Shown here one piece after another: positions 11,941 to 25,500 of a stretch of 64,000 bases of DNA. Numbering within the stretch: position 1 is the stretch's first letter; each line of letters begins with the position of its first letter. The notes below the pieces were generated by a model. It saw only the letters and a program-made list of their open reading frames with translations. It was not told the DNA's origin and made no database searches. The stretch covers positions 175,219,741-175,283,740 of the forward strand of contig CM041465.1 of assembly GCA_023213395.1 (NCBI GenBank), read 5' to 3'. The stretch comes from Cycas panzhihuaensis (Eukaryota > Plantae > Cycadophyta). The position numbers were made by a program, and so were the translations under genes.

Positions 11941-14900
11941 TGTTAGAGAGGGTTATATTTAAACATATAACATATTAATTATCAAATATTATCAATAAAA
12001 TTATCACAGATTTGCATAGTATACAACAAACACAATTACACCAAATATGACAGGTGGAAAACCCCCCAGTGGGAATTAAAAACCACCTCCTAAATATAAT
12101 ATTTTATAATAATAATAAAGAAAACTTTACAAAATGATGATGGTGAGGATCTCAGGATCTCATCCTCTCTCTACACATCCAGCCAGCCTATCCTACATTA
12201 TCTGGTCAACCCAACCCACAGGAATGTAGGAAGGAATCTTTTAAGGATGATAGGGGTTCATTGAAATGGGTGGTTGTCCATTTCAACGAACAATATAATA
12301 TATTAATAATACATTATTATTATAAAGTGAACTTTATAAAAAGAACATTATAAAAGAAACATTATAACATTAATTATTTCTAACATACCCCTTTAATGTT
12401 ATCTTTTGTACAATAGATGATATAAAAGATAGAAGGAGATGATGAAGATTTCAGCATGGTAATCCCCCTTTGATGAAGACTTCATTAATCTTTAACAATT
12501 CTCGCAGCTTTACAAACTTGACTTCAATCAATGGCTTGGTTAGGATATCTGCAATCTACAAATCTGTAGGGAAATAAATTAGATTAATAGTATTATCATT
12601 TACAAGATTACGTATAAAATGCTAATGTAATTCTATATGTTTTCTCCTAAAATGTGCAACAGGATTAATAGCTATAGATATCGCACCTTGATTATCAACA
12701 TTAATTTTAATGGACGAGTTAGGAAACAAACCAAGATTGATTAATAGAGCTTTAATACAGAGTGATTCTTTACTAGCTTCAAAGGGTGCTTGATATTCAG
12801 CTTCAGTCGTGGATAAGGCCAATGCTTGCATCTTTTTACTAGACCAAGTAATTGGTGAGAAATCTAGAAAAAAGATGTAACCGACTACAAATTTACGATC
12901 ATCAGAGTCTCTTACCCAATTAAAATTTGTGTAACCTATCAACTGCAGGTTAGAATTGCAATAATTATATGTTAGACCATAGAATATTGTACCTTGTAAA
13001 TACCGTAAGATGCGTTTGGCTGCTTTCCAATGCGATCTTTGAGGCTTTTGCATGTATCTGGAACACAAGGCAACAGCATAGGATATGTCTAGGCGTGTGT
13101 GGGTTAGGTAAATAAGACGACCTATGAGTTGATGATAAGTTGTAGGATCACACAGTGGTGTTTGACAATCAGTGATTAACTTTACACCTGATTGTAAAGG
13201 GTTTGGAGTTGGCTTAGGATTTTCCATATTAAATCTTTTTATTAGGTCAAGAATATATTTGGGTTGTGAAATAGTGATTTTAGACTTAGATTGACAAATT
13301 TGCAAACCTAGAAAGTGGTGTAATAGACCTAAATCTGCCATTTCAAACTTATTCATTAAAATAGATTTTAATTATTGAATATTGAAGGTTAAAGATCCAG
13401 TGATGATTATATCATCTACATAAAGAATTAGGATGGTAATGATATCATCTTATCTTAGAAAATAGAGATTAGGATCACTAATACACTTAGTGTATCCATT
13501 CTGTAAAAGATAGTCATTAATTTTGGTGTACCAAGCTCGAGGAGCTTTTTAAGACCATACCATGATTTTTTTCAACTTGCAGACAAGATTAGGATTGCAA
13601 ACATAACCAGGAGGTTGTTTCATATAAATTTCTTCTTTAAGATCACCATTTAGGAAGGCACCTTAACATCCATCTGATGAATCTGCCAGCCAAATTTGGC
13701 TGCTAAAACAATGATGGTATTGATTGTGTTCATCTTAGCTACAAGAGCAAAAAGTTTCGGTATAATTGATACCGTCAACTTGAGAGAAACCTTTGGCTAC
13801 TAAACGAGCCTTATGTTTTTCAATTGCTCCTTCTAAGTTATATTTTGTTCGGTAAACCCATTTGCACTCTACCAAGTTCTTTCTAGAAGGAAGTGTAACT
13901 AGATCCCAGGTTGAATTCTTTTTAAGAGCATCGAATTCAACTTCCATGGCTTACTGCCATATGGTATTGTTGCTTGCTTCCTTAAATGTTTTTGGATTAT
14001 CATTGGCCATGATTTTAGCCATTAGAGAAAAATTAGCTTGAAGTTTCTGGGAACAAGTTCTTTTGGTATCTGATGGGTCACTAGCATCAGAACCGGCAAC
14101 GAAAAGGGTTTTTTGAGCCCAAACTGGTTGTTTGTTTCTTGAAGCATCAGAAGTTGAAGGTTGATCAGTAGAATTTGATTGATTTGAAATAGATGTTTGA
14201 TTGGATGGTTTAGATATACTAGATTCACTTAAGGTCTAGTTCTGAACTTGTGAAGACAAGCTATCAATTGCTTCACTGTCTGCTTGTATATTTGAAGGAT
14301 CTTTTAGATAAGCATCAGTTAATAAGTTCTTGATAGGAAATTCTATATAAGAGGTTTTTTATGAAGATCCTTCTTCATCAAATATAACATCACGCAAGAT
14401 CAAAATCTTGTGTGTGATTAGATCAAGTAACCTGTAGGCTTTACTTTCTTCGCTATAACCAACGAAGATAAATTTAGAACTTTTGGGGTCGAGTTTCTGT
14501 CATTTCTCCTTTGGAACATGCCCCTAAGCAATACTTCCAAAGATTCTAAGGTGTTTTACAGAAAGTTTACGACCAGACCACTTCTGTTCTAGCATAACGC
14601 TCTGTAAAGATTTACAGGGTAAACGATTTGAAAGGTAGTTAGAGCAAGCTATTGCTTCAGCCCATAGCGTTAGATCAAGACCTTTTGCATGTATCATGCA
14701 TCTAGTCATCTCTACAAGGGTATGCTTCTTGCGTTCAACAACACCATTCTGTTGAGGGGTATAGGCAACGGAATGCTGGAATCATATTCCGTGCTTTTTA
14801 CAATATGAAGTAAACTTGTTACTTAAGTATTCTTTAGCATTATCAAACCTGAAAATTTTTATTTTAGAGTTAATTTGGTTTTCAACTAACGTTTTAAACT

Positions 14901-17900
14901 CAATAAAGATGTCAAATACCTGACTTCTTGTTTTGAGCATATAAACCCAACATTTCCTAGAAAAATCATCGATAAAAGTGATAAAGTATTGACTTCCAGA
15001 GTACGAAGGTACTTGGAAGGGATCACAAATGTCAAAATGAATGAGGTTGAGTGACACTTTTGCTCTAAATGAGGTCTGATGTGACAAATGGTTCATGCGT
15101 TGCTTGCCTATTATGCAAGCTTCGCAAACACCCTATACAATGGTTAGGGAGGGAAGCCCATGCACCATATCATGCTTGTTTAGATACTTAAGTTTGCCAT
15201 AGCATGTATGACCAAACCAAGCATGCCATAGCTTACTAACTGGTCAGATTTAGCTATAAAGGCACTGAAAGATTTTGTTTTCGAATGTTGTAGGTTTGTT
15301 AGGTTATAGAGACCTGTTTTATGATCGACAGGTCCTGAAGCGATTGATTTAAACTCTTTTAAATATTGTTTAATGACAAATCTGTCTTTCTAGAATTCAA
15401 CAATGAGGTCGTTCTGGTAGATTTGATAGACTGAAAAAAGATTCGATAATAATCCAGGAATGCAAAACACGTTGTTGATAGAACTATCTTTCAAAGAAAC
15501 ATCTCCTATTCCTTTGACTTTTAGTTGAGAGCCGATTCAGAAAGAAATTTCTTCTTCGGAGTTAAGATCAGAATGGTATGTTGACAAGTATTCTTGGTGT
15601 CCCGTCATATGATGGGATGCACCAGAATCAAAAATCCACTTAGGTGGTTGAGCAGTTGGCGCTGAAAAAGCTAATGTGGTAGCAGTTAGGGAATGGTTAG
15701 GATTATGGAATCGTTATTGGATCCCCTTAGAAGCTTTCCAAGCTTCAAAAGCAATTCTATTCCTACTGACATCAATGGTGTGCCCCTTTTTGTGGCAGTA
15801 AACACAACTGACGTTTTGGTTAGGATTAGAGTTTATAATATTTCGTTTTTGGAATGACTGTTTAGAGGTATTATAGTTTTTCGATGGTTTAGAATACTTA
15901 GCATTATGATAAAAATTATTTGAAGAAGAAGAACTTCTATGAGGTTTTTGGAACTTAGGATTGTTGTTATGATTATTTTGATAGTTGTTATGCTGTTTAA
16001 ACTTGTTTAGTGATTTTGACTTGGAAAAAAGAGCCTGTGAAGGATCTTGTAACTTTCCAGTTTGAACCAACATTGTTTGGTATTCAACTAGCTGATTTGT
16101 TAGTTGATTGAATGTAATTGGAGGATAACCAGCCTGCTGCCTAGCAGTTTTGAATTAGTTAAATTGTTTGGGTAGTTTATTGATGGCGAGATTGACGAGT
16201 GTATCGTTGTCTTTGGCATGAATGATAGTTTCAACTTTATCACCTACTTTGGTTCAAGATTTGATGCAATTTCCTAGGTCTTTGTTAATAAATTGAAGTT
16301 TTGATAAGAATTCTTCAACTTTTGAGAAATCTTCATAATTTAAGTCATACATTTGTTATTCTAAAACGGTTAACTGTTGTTTATCAACCTTGTCATATTT
16401 TTCTTTGAGTGAATTCCAGACTGTGGCAAGATCATCTGTTTCAGAGAATTACCTACTAATATCGGGCAAGAGAGAGGTTAGGATGGTGCCTAGGGCTCCA
16501 TCATAATTCATCAGATAAACCATATAGGCTTCTGATTTTGTGTCTCTGGGTTTTGCAAATTCTCTTGTAACATATCATCATACCTTTTGTTGTTTTAGAT
16601 GATGGGATATGCGTGCTTTCCAACTGGCATAATTTGAGCCATTTAAAACTAGAATCGGTGCACAAGAGGTTGTCCCTGGCATGAGTGCCATTATGGGTAC
16701 AAAACCTATGACTAGAGATCCTCTTTGATGGAAAAAGAAGGAAACAAGAAGGAGAACAACTACATTAAGCCAGATTCAAAGTGATCACAACATTTGATTT
16801 TAATGAAATGTAATTATCATTGATTTAGTTCAAAGTAAATATTCATGCATAAATGTAAATGTATTATTAAATTTTGTAAATAATACATAAATAAACCCTT
16901 TAACACTTAAGACATTGATTGCCAATAATCAAAATGTGTAAATTTTAATCATAGACTTGAGAATTTAAGTCAAACATATAAGAATCTGCTTGTTTATATC
17001 TCCATTTGCATCAATGATAATGATTTAATTGTGTGTTTAAAAAATTGTAAGAAATAATTAATAATTATATAAAAAATGATGTAGTTAAGCAATGAATTTG
17101 TCAAATAATTGAATGTATATTGAATTAAAGCAATAAACTTAAAATATTGTGAACAAAATTCTGGATTGAAATCATGTACCTTGACCTACCTAGTCATGAT
17201 TAGAAGCTTGACTTCATGCGAGATTTTGCAGGTCAAAATGGCATCCAAAGGGTTCAAGTGACCAGTCAAAATGTCTGTGTCTGAACCAGGAATTTGATTC
17301 ATCTTCCAGAACTAGATTTTGACTCTGGATGAAGAAGTTATGGTTAAAAAAGTGTAGGTACCTCCTTTGTAAAATAAAGGGGGCTGGGTAATAGGGGTTA
17401 AGCCCCTTTTAGTATTTGAATGAGGTCATAGGGGGGTTGATGTGACTAGGGAGTTGGCGGAAAAAAAGGGCTAGCAAATGGCAGACCCGAAAAAACTATT
17501 CAATTTAATTTAATTAAGTTAAAACATTAGAAAAGAATAAATAAAAGAAAAAGTGACATATTTGAAATTTTAATAAGTCGGATTTAACAATTTTGCGCTA
17601 TTAAAAAAAAATGATTAAATGGGATTTGAATAAAGTTTCATATCCACAAGCTTATATAACCTAAAATTTAGGGTTTCACCTTATTTTCACTTGGCAGGGC
17701 AGCAGATTTTCTCTCTACTGTAGGTTTATGGCGAATTCTTCTCCCTTGCATGCCTCTACATCTTTGATAGAAGGATGGCATTTTCGCGTTGGCTTCAGCC
17801 TATGCATTTACATGAAGAGTTTAGCTCTTCATCTTCGTATTCCTCTACGAGCATGAAATCTCTGAGGGCATCTCTGTGGGCTTGAGATCTCTACATTTTG

Positions 17901-20900
17901 CATGGCTTCTTTCTGAAGACCTCTGTTCTATCTTCGTTCTGTCTTCTGGCGTTAGAAAACTGGCGTTTGTGATGAGGATTTTAAGAGAGAGGGTTTCACC
18001 TTATTTCTCCCAAAATTCTTGGGATTACAAGGCTGCGAAACTTGGACTTCGATGGCGTCTTCATTATCTGCGTTCGAGTGCCATATGTTGGAGAGTTTGT
18101 CTCTGCATCCAGGCGTCTGCCTGCCGTTTTCGTCTATTTCTTTGAAGTCTAATTACAGTTTATTATTTTGCCTCTGCTTTCTTTTATTCTATTTTCTTCT
18201 CCATAGATTTAGCCTTTGATTCCACTCTTTTGTTTTGTTTTTCAGGCATGCTTGTGACAAAAACTTCGAAATGGAGCGAGGTTTTGCGTGCAAAATAAAG
18301 TTTCCCTGGTGCTCTATCAAATATCTTGTACAATCAGAGAATTCCTTGTTATGCTTTGTTAGAGCCACTTAGGGTTTTAATTTACACTCTGGCTACAACT
18401 GCAACAGTTGTTGTAATTTTCATTCTCTTCTTTCATTGTTATTCTGGCCTCCATTGATGGGACATTCTTCATTTTTGTCTCATGTTCTGATGTTATCTAG
18501 ATCCTGAAAATTGTATGTTTTTCATATGCTAGTCTTATGCAAACCCTGAAAACTATACTTATTGTTTACATAATAATAAAACTTTTGAGTACTTTTTATT
18601 TTCAACAAAATATGTGTTCTAGTTCTATTTGTTTCAATTTTTTTTTTTTTTAAATTACACGAGAAGGTTTAATAGCAGAACCTGTTATGATTTTCTTTGA
18701 GCAAACTTGTGATACCCTCCTCTGATACTATGTTAGAGAGAGGGTTATATTTAAACATATAACATATTAATTGTTAAAGATGGCATTTAGCTTACATTAA
18801 CTAGATCTAGAAAGATGTTCTAATCTAGTTCTAGAATAAAGAAGATTAACATGAATAATAAAAGTTACTCAAAATAAGCAAGACAAAAGACGAAAACATA
18901 AAAGAGCATGAGTAAGATGATACCAAAATGTTGAGGAGATGGAATTGGTCCAATCTCCAAATGAATAGCAGTTTGATTAGCAAACTGGTAACATAACAAT
19001 ACAACTCACACTCTATATGAGATACATGAGAAGTGGTTTCAATATATAGAGTTATAGAAGAGACCTAACGTGTTGGATGTTTGACAAGTGTCAAACATCC
19101 AAACTACATCCTTTGCACGTAGAACATGTGTCCTTTTGGGCTCTCAAGAGAGCAAAAATGCATAAGGGTGATGTTAACCCTTAAGTCATAACGTTATGTC
19201 ACTAGGAAAGAATGTGGTTGTGCACTTTATCACTTAAGTGATAAGTCACCCCATAAAATACAAATATACATGAAAACATAAGGTTTAACACCCCCCCTTA
19301 CTGTTTACAATATTCAGTCAGACCCCTAAACCCTCTCTAAATTTTACAAACTTTTCTCTACCAAGGGGCTTGGTAAAGATATCTGTTGTCTACTGCTTTG
19401 TAGGTCTGTAATAGAGGTTGATCTCACCATTCTGCACATGCTCTCTGATGAAGTGGTGATGAACCCCTATATGTTTGGTCTGTGCATGAAAAACAAGATT
19501 CTTGGTTAACTTGAGCACACTCTGACTGTCGCAATATAGCTTGGTGGGGTGATTCTACTCAAGTCCAAGCTCTCCAAGAATTCGTCGAAGCCAAATAGCC
19601 TCGCAAGTTGCATTGACTGTAGCTTTGTACTCTACTTCCGTGGAGGACAAGGTAACATTGGGTTGCTTCTTGCAACTTCACGAAACGACTCTAAAACCAA
19701 GGGTAAAACAGTATCCCGAGGTTGATTTCCAATTATCCTGGCATCCTGCCCAATTAGAATCTAAGAACCCTTCCAAGATGAAGTTCTCATGGTGTACATA
19801 CTGAAGGCCATGCTGTAATGTGCCTTTAATGTGTTTTAGTATGCATTTTGCTACATTCCAATGTTTCTGATTAGGTTGAGACATGTACCTTGTATGACCG
19901 TCTAAAAGAAAAAAAATTAGATTTGAAATAGACCTGCTCCAGCCTGCAAGTAGCTTGAAAAATGTTGAATCTGCTGGAAAAAAAAAAGAACAAACAAGCT
20001 TTAGATCACCTCCAGAGAGAGATGGTCATCACCAAGGGTTTGAAACCCTAACTAGATCTCTTAAAAACAAGAAATCAGAACAGAGAGGAACACCTTTCTA
20101 CTACTCTGATACCAAATGTTAAAGATGGCATTTAGCCTACATTAACCAGGATCTAGAAAGATGTTCTAATCTAGTTCTAGAATAAAGAAGATTAACATGA
20201 ATAATGAAAACTACTCAAAATAAGCAAGACAAAAGAACAAAACATGAAAGAGCATGAGCAAAATGATACCACAATATGGAGAAGATGGAATTGGTCCAAT
20301 CTCCATATGAATAGCAGTTTGATTAGCAAACTGGCAACATAACAATACAACTCACACTCAATATGAGATACATGATAAGTGGTCTTAATATATAGAGTTA
20401 CAGAAGAGACCTTAGGTGCTAGATGTTTGACAAGTTTGCATGTAGGACATGTCCTTCTGGGCTCTCAAGTAAGCAAAAGTGTATAAGGGTCATGTTAACC
20501 CTCAAGTCAAAATGTTATGTCACTAGAAAAGAATGTGGTTGTGCACTTTATCACTTAAGTGATAAGTCACCCCATAAAGTACAAATATACATGAAAAATA
20601 AAGTATATATACTTAACATGTAAACATAAGGTTTAGCATTAATCATAAAATATTATCAGTAAAATTATCACAGATTTGCATAGTATACATCAAACACAAT
20701 TACACCAGAGATGACAGATGGAGCCCCTAGTGGGGATAAAAAACCACCTCCTAAATATAATATTTTATAATAATAATAATAATAAAGAAAACTTTACAAA
20801 ATGATGATGGTGAAGATCTCAGGATCTCATCCTCTCTCTGCACATCTAGCCAGCCTATCCTACATTACCTGGTCAACCCAACCTACATGAATGTAGGAAG

Positions 20901-21057
20901 GAATCTTTTAAGGATGACAGAGGTTCGTTGAAATGAGCGATTGTCCATTTCAACAAACCATACAATTAATTAATAATATATTAATATTATAAAGTTAACT
21001 TTATAAAAAGAACATTATAAAAGAAACATTACAAGATAACATTAATTATTTCTAACA
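11941..21057 (-). mobile_element. Full-length decayed Ty1/Copia element with GTATT TSD; its 5' LTR is interrupted by a nested element
   Basis: TSD GTATT at 11936-11940 and 21058-21062. 3' LTR 11941-12385; 5' LTR 18731-21057 (split by 18772-20638). PBS (TaGTATCAGAG) 18720-18730. About 2-kb 5' UTR; Gag ATG ~16691 (LNGSNYASWKA), knuckle CVYCHKKGHT, PR WIFDSGASHHM (~15605-15640), INT 14782-15096, RT 13735-13947, RT/RNaseH ORF 12622-13356, PPT at ~12386-12396. Confidence 0.95.
18772..20638 (-). mobile_element. Nested 1.87-kb non-autonomous Copia derivative (LTR-PBS-leader-RNaseH remnant-PPT-LTR), TTAAT TSD
   Basis: LTRs 18772-19290 and 20117-20638 (~520 bp). TSD TTAAT 18767-18771 and 20639-20643. 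PBS TGGTATCAGAG ~20104-20114. PPT (G-run on minus strand) 19291-19299. The internal 826 bp encodes only the RT C-terminus and RNaseH (HWNVAKCILKHIKGT...KSTSGYCF...STEVEYK...TKHIGVHHHFIRE). Confidence 0.92.
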
Positions 21058-21188
21058 GTATTCATCACCCATTTTGCTTAGATTTGGTGCTACGTTTGTG
21101 TGATGCTACAAATGAGTCCACTGAAAAGTATGAATTAACAGCATATAATGCAATCCAATTTCTTGAAAGATCTCTTTATAATAGATAC

Positions 21189-21329
21189 CTGATTGATGTA
21201 GCTTAGCTTTGAGACACCAGCAACAAGGCTTGCAACGTCATCACCGAATTCCTTTTCTATGTTTCTTAGGTTTTCCCCAGCATCATCTATGACATCATGT
21301 AGTATGCCTGCAACCACAGTGTTTACAGC
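21189..21329 (-). CDS. RSH: RelA/SpoT homolog (RSH) coding exon, HD hydrolase domain (AVNTVVAGILHDVIDDAGENLRNIEKEFGDDVASLVAGVSKLSYINQ)
   Basis: 141-nt phase-0 exon bounded by ttttgtAG and GTatct. Carries the HD motif and the FGxxVAxLVxGVSKL signature of RelA/SpoT. Joins the upstream exon in frame across a 127-bp GT-AG intron. Confidence 0.9.
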
Positions 21330-21456
21330 CTACAAAACATCCAAGGCAATGTCACAAAAGACAAAAGATCAAATGGGATTCCAAGGTTTGTAATTTACAG
21401 ATGTAAGTTCAAAAGAAATACACTAACATACTAATCTCAAAAAACCAATGGATTAC

Positions 21457-21588
21457 CCTTTGCCCACTTGATGGGACCAATGCAGAAAGAATTTTGCCTG
21501 TGTTGATACAATGAGTCAAATATGGATCCCCTGTCTTTCTCATCTGACCATTATGCGCTTTTCTTGCAAACATAACCGCTTTTTGCAC
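21457..21588 (-). CDS. RSH: RelA/SpoT homolog (RSH) coding exon (VQKAVMFARKAHNGQMRKTGDPYLTHCINTGKILSALVPSSGQR)
   Basis: 132-nt phase-0 exon bounded by ttgcAG and GTaatc. AHxGQxRKxGxPYxxH is the canonical N-terminal RSH motif. No stops, unlike the surrounding TE ORFs. Confidence 0.9.
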
Positions 21589-22506
21589 CTGCAATATGGG
21601 AGTAATTGAATTAAAATTCAACACAAGCACGTTAAAAAGAGAACCTTCTTCAAAAAAGGATATAAACTCAAATAATTATTACCTTGGGATCATTGAAAAT
21701 TGTGTAGCCAGTTATATCCACTCCCTCCAATATGACAGAATCTGCCAATTAGAATATGATCAACAAAATGCTCTAACCAACAAGAGAAGCTAGCATACAA
21801 GGCATTCCACCATCATACGGGCAACCTTATAACCATCAAATTTTCTTTTTTTAAGAATCATAAATTCCATGACAATTTTACATACTAATATTTTAACTTT
21901 AAAATGTATGAGGTTTCATTAAGGGGAAACTTCCTCTCAAAAAAATTAATCATTTCTTGTGGTATATCCAATCATCCTTCTTCCTTAATGTCCAATTTTG
22001 TATTTCCTTTTCTGCAACTATTTGACAAATTTCATTGTTTGGAATTTAGCACTATTTTTAGATTTTGTCTTGGTCTAAACACTATTGTAAAGTAGAGGGA
22101 CTTGGAAAATATGGAATGTTTCTTTTCAAGGGAAAGATGCTTGGCATAATAGTTAGTGTTAACCAGGAAATGCATAGGTTGAAATGACTAAATGGAGGTT
22201 AGCAAACTCTACATGGTTGAGAAAGTGATACTTCACAAGACAGGGTAAATAGAGTATTATGTGAGTATTGGAAGTACAAAGGATGGAAGAATATAACTAC
22301 AAAACAAAAAAGAACCCAAAAAAAAAAAGAGAAGAAACTAAGGAAAGAATACCTGCAAATAGTTACTATGTGGGTCATTCTTAGAACTGTTCATCTACCA
22401 TAATAACCTATATAGCCAGAGATGGGGGAGTAGGTGCGGATATGGATATGGCAATTTGCGAAATTCAGGATACAGAGATACGAAAAGTAGGGTACGAGTT
22501 AGAGTT

Positions 22507-25500
22507 TGTTAGAATATAATGTTTAATGTGCAAGTGTCCAAAGTGTTTAGGTGAATGTTATGTCTAGGAGTCAATATTATAATGTTGATGTAATGCACAT
22601 TTGTGCAAGTAAATGGTCATCAGGTTATTGGTCAATAAGTAGGTGATATGTCATTGGTTGAGTTAGAGGTCATTTGCCCCACATGTAAAGCAGGTCATCC
22701 TACACCCTCTCACTTATGATCTATAAATAAGTGGTTGAGGTAGTGTAGTGAACATTGAATCAAGATGGAGTCCATTATGATATTATTATTGTGGAGTCAT
22801 TGTGATGTAATCATTTTCATATTGAGTTAATGTTATCACATTATTATCATGATATTTCTTATATTATTCTTAAATATTGAATGATCTCTTTAAATATTTC
22901 AGCATGGTATCAGAGCAGGTTGCTTGTCAAGCTCATCGTTGTGTAGGTTCACCATCTTGTGTGTGGAGATGGCTCCGTAGAGCCATTTGACAGACTGAGG
23001 GTCCAAATTTTCGAAAGTGAAACCCTAAGGCCGTTGTTGTTGCAAGTTGTTCCAAGCCAGTGATTGTGATTGATGCAAGACAGAATCTTTACCTAGTAAT
23101 GTTGTTCCTTTACCTTGTTATATGAAGAAAGCTATGCGCCATAGTTTACTTGTAATGAAATTGGTTGGTGTGAATTTATGAAATTGAAATTGATGATGAC
23201 ATATGAATGAATATGAAATTGCTAGTCATTGAATTCTATTTGTACGGTGAAAGTGAAAGTTTTGTACCTATAAATACCTGTTAGGGTTTGTGTTGGAAAA
23301 TATTGAGGATTTGGTTGGCGAAAATTGAAGTCAATTATCAAGTTTATGCAAAAATTGGTTCTCTGAAGAAATTCTGTCATAAACCCTACATGATAAGAAA
23401 TTTCAGTAGAAATAACAGAAAGAAGCTCATCATTAGTGGCTACCCAATTCTGTAAGGAAGTTACCTAAGGAAGAAAACCTGTAGAGGAACTAGAGTTGTC
23501 CATAGCTTGTAAAGGGAAGCACCCAAGAGAGTAGTCGTATGAAGTGCCCGGCCATGGATATGTAGCCACCTCTGTAGCCATGGGAATAAATGAGAGATTC
23601 CAGTCCTTGAAGGAAACCTTGTAGCATAAGCTTCGCGGAAGACTACAGGTGAAAGAAGATCTTATATAACTGTCCCACTAAGATCATGAACTAGCCAATC
23701 GCTAGGGTTAATTGTTGTAGACACAGTGGGAGTCGTTGTGACGCCATTTAATGCTCAGCAAGTGATTTCCAGCGGGAGACAAAGTCGTAACAACATTATT
23801 GCAGAGACGTCATAGAAGCCGTAGTGAAGCTAACCTAGAAGGCACAATGTATTTGTAGCTGGATATGGATGAAGCAGTAGTAGTGACGTCATATTTGCAG
23901 TTGCCAGAGATTTTACAGCATTGTAGCCATCCTCATGAAATTACCCTAGATGAGGAGATGAGAAACAATGCATAAACGTACCAACCATAGAGATACAGTT
24001 TGTAGAAGTTGAGTCGCGGAATCTGTCCATAGGGTTACAATTGAAAAGATACCCAAAGAAAGTGACAGCCCTGTGCAGATGCGGAAACACTAAACTTCGA
24101 CAATAACAACCTGACTAGAAAGAGAGGGAATCTCGATGCCAAAATTAGAGATTACTTTAATAGCGCCACTAGAATGAGCATGGGTGAAACTCTGACGGTA
24201 ATGTTATTCACCAATAACAATGACAATAATATGCTCTGTAGAGCCGAAGGCACTTAGAAAGTAATAATCATCAAGGGGAAGAAGATATTTAGGAAGGTCA
24301 CTTGGGGCAAATGAAGCACAACTGTGTGAATTGTCTATAGCTCTGTCGATCAGTTGTCGCCGCGTCACACATATAAATTGAGAGTCCTCTCGCTTGAAGA
24401 TATTGGTGCATAAATTTCAAACTTCGCAAGTGAAAATTGCAACCCTATTCCGTTTCATCGTTGCGCCATTGCTCCAAGTTTACAGGCCAGATTTACAATG
24501 AGATGCAGAGGTAATTTCTAGTTGATATTTCTTTAGAGTCACGAATTGAATTTAAATAGATTGGAATCCATCTAAAATCCATGGACACCAAGGTGAATAG
24601 AGGAGATTTAATAATTTTTTTCAAAGTCATGAATGAAATTAAATCAGATTGAAAGATTTTTTCCAGATCTGCGAACATGAAAATTTATTTGGCAGATTTA
24701 ATTGTTTTTGCATGGTCAAAATTAAAAAAAGGTAAATTGGAATATGTTTTGAAATCTGCTAGACCCCTAATGATTAAGCCCCCGGTCATATGGAGTACTA
24801 ATGTGACCTACTACCAATTCTCTAAAGGGGCTTAATCCCTAATGTCAACAATTTAGTTTTTAAAAGGGGGTTCTTGCACATTTTGCTTTATATCTCTACA
24901 TCCAGGTATCCGTTTTGCAAACCGTACAAGGCATTGAAACCGAATTTCAAAGACGCTCATTTTAGCACATGATTTAAAAGTATTTGTTACTGTTTTGATG
25001 GAGTTATTTCTATTTGAAGTTGATGCATAAATCTTGAGTAATGTGTCTATAATAAACTTAGTCGCACATCATGGAGTTAGAAGATATCATTGTCTTTGTG
25101 CCAGAAAAGAATAATTTTGGTTAATAGATTTTCCCCAAGCCTTATCCGAATACATCAGAACAAATTTTCGATTTTGGGCAACTAAAATGGAATGTATATT
25201 TATGGCTAAAAGGTTATGAAAAGTTGTCCATAATGGTACTACAATAATTAATGAAAAAGGGGAGGAAAGTTTTAAGAAAAAGAACCAATTAACAATTGAT
25301 GTTATGCTAGCAGCTTTTGACAAAGAAAACATTTCGTCTTCTTAACAATTTCTCACTCATGCAATTCAAAATACTGATACTGCTAATAAAGCCTGAAATC
25401 TTCTAAAGGACGTGTATGAAAAGAGCCCTCAAGAGGTGCAAGAGGATCTTGAAAAGGCAAATAGAGTTGTTGATGACTACAATACAAATAAGGAAGATGA

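Noticed and set aside
22345-22400. Possible additional RSH exon ending at CAG|GTATTC
   Set aside because: Translation does not resemble the expected upstream RSH sequence.
22418-22500. Possible DNA-transposon/MITE end (ggatatggatatggcaatttgcgaaa)
   Set aside because: No partner terminal inverted repeat or TSD located.
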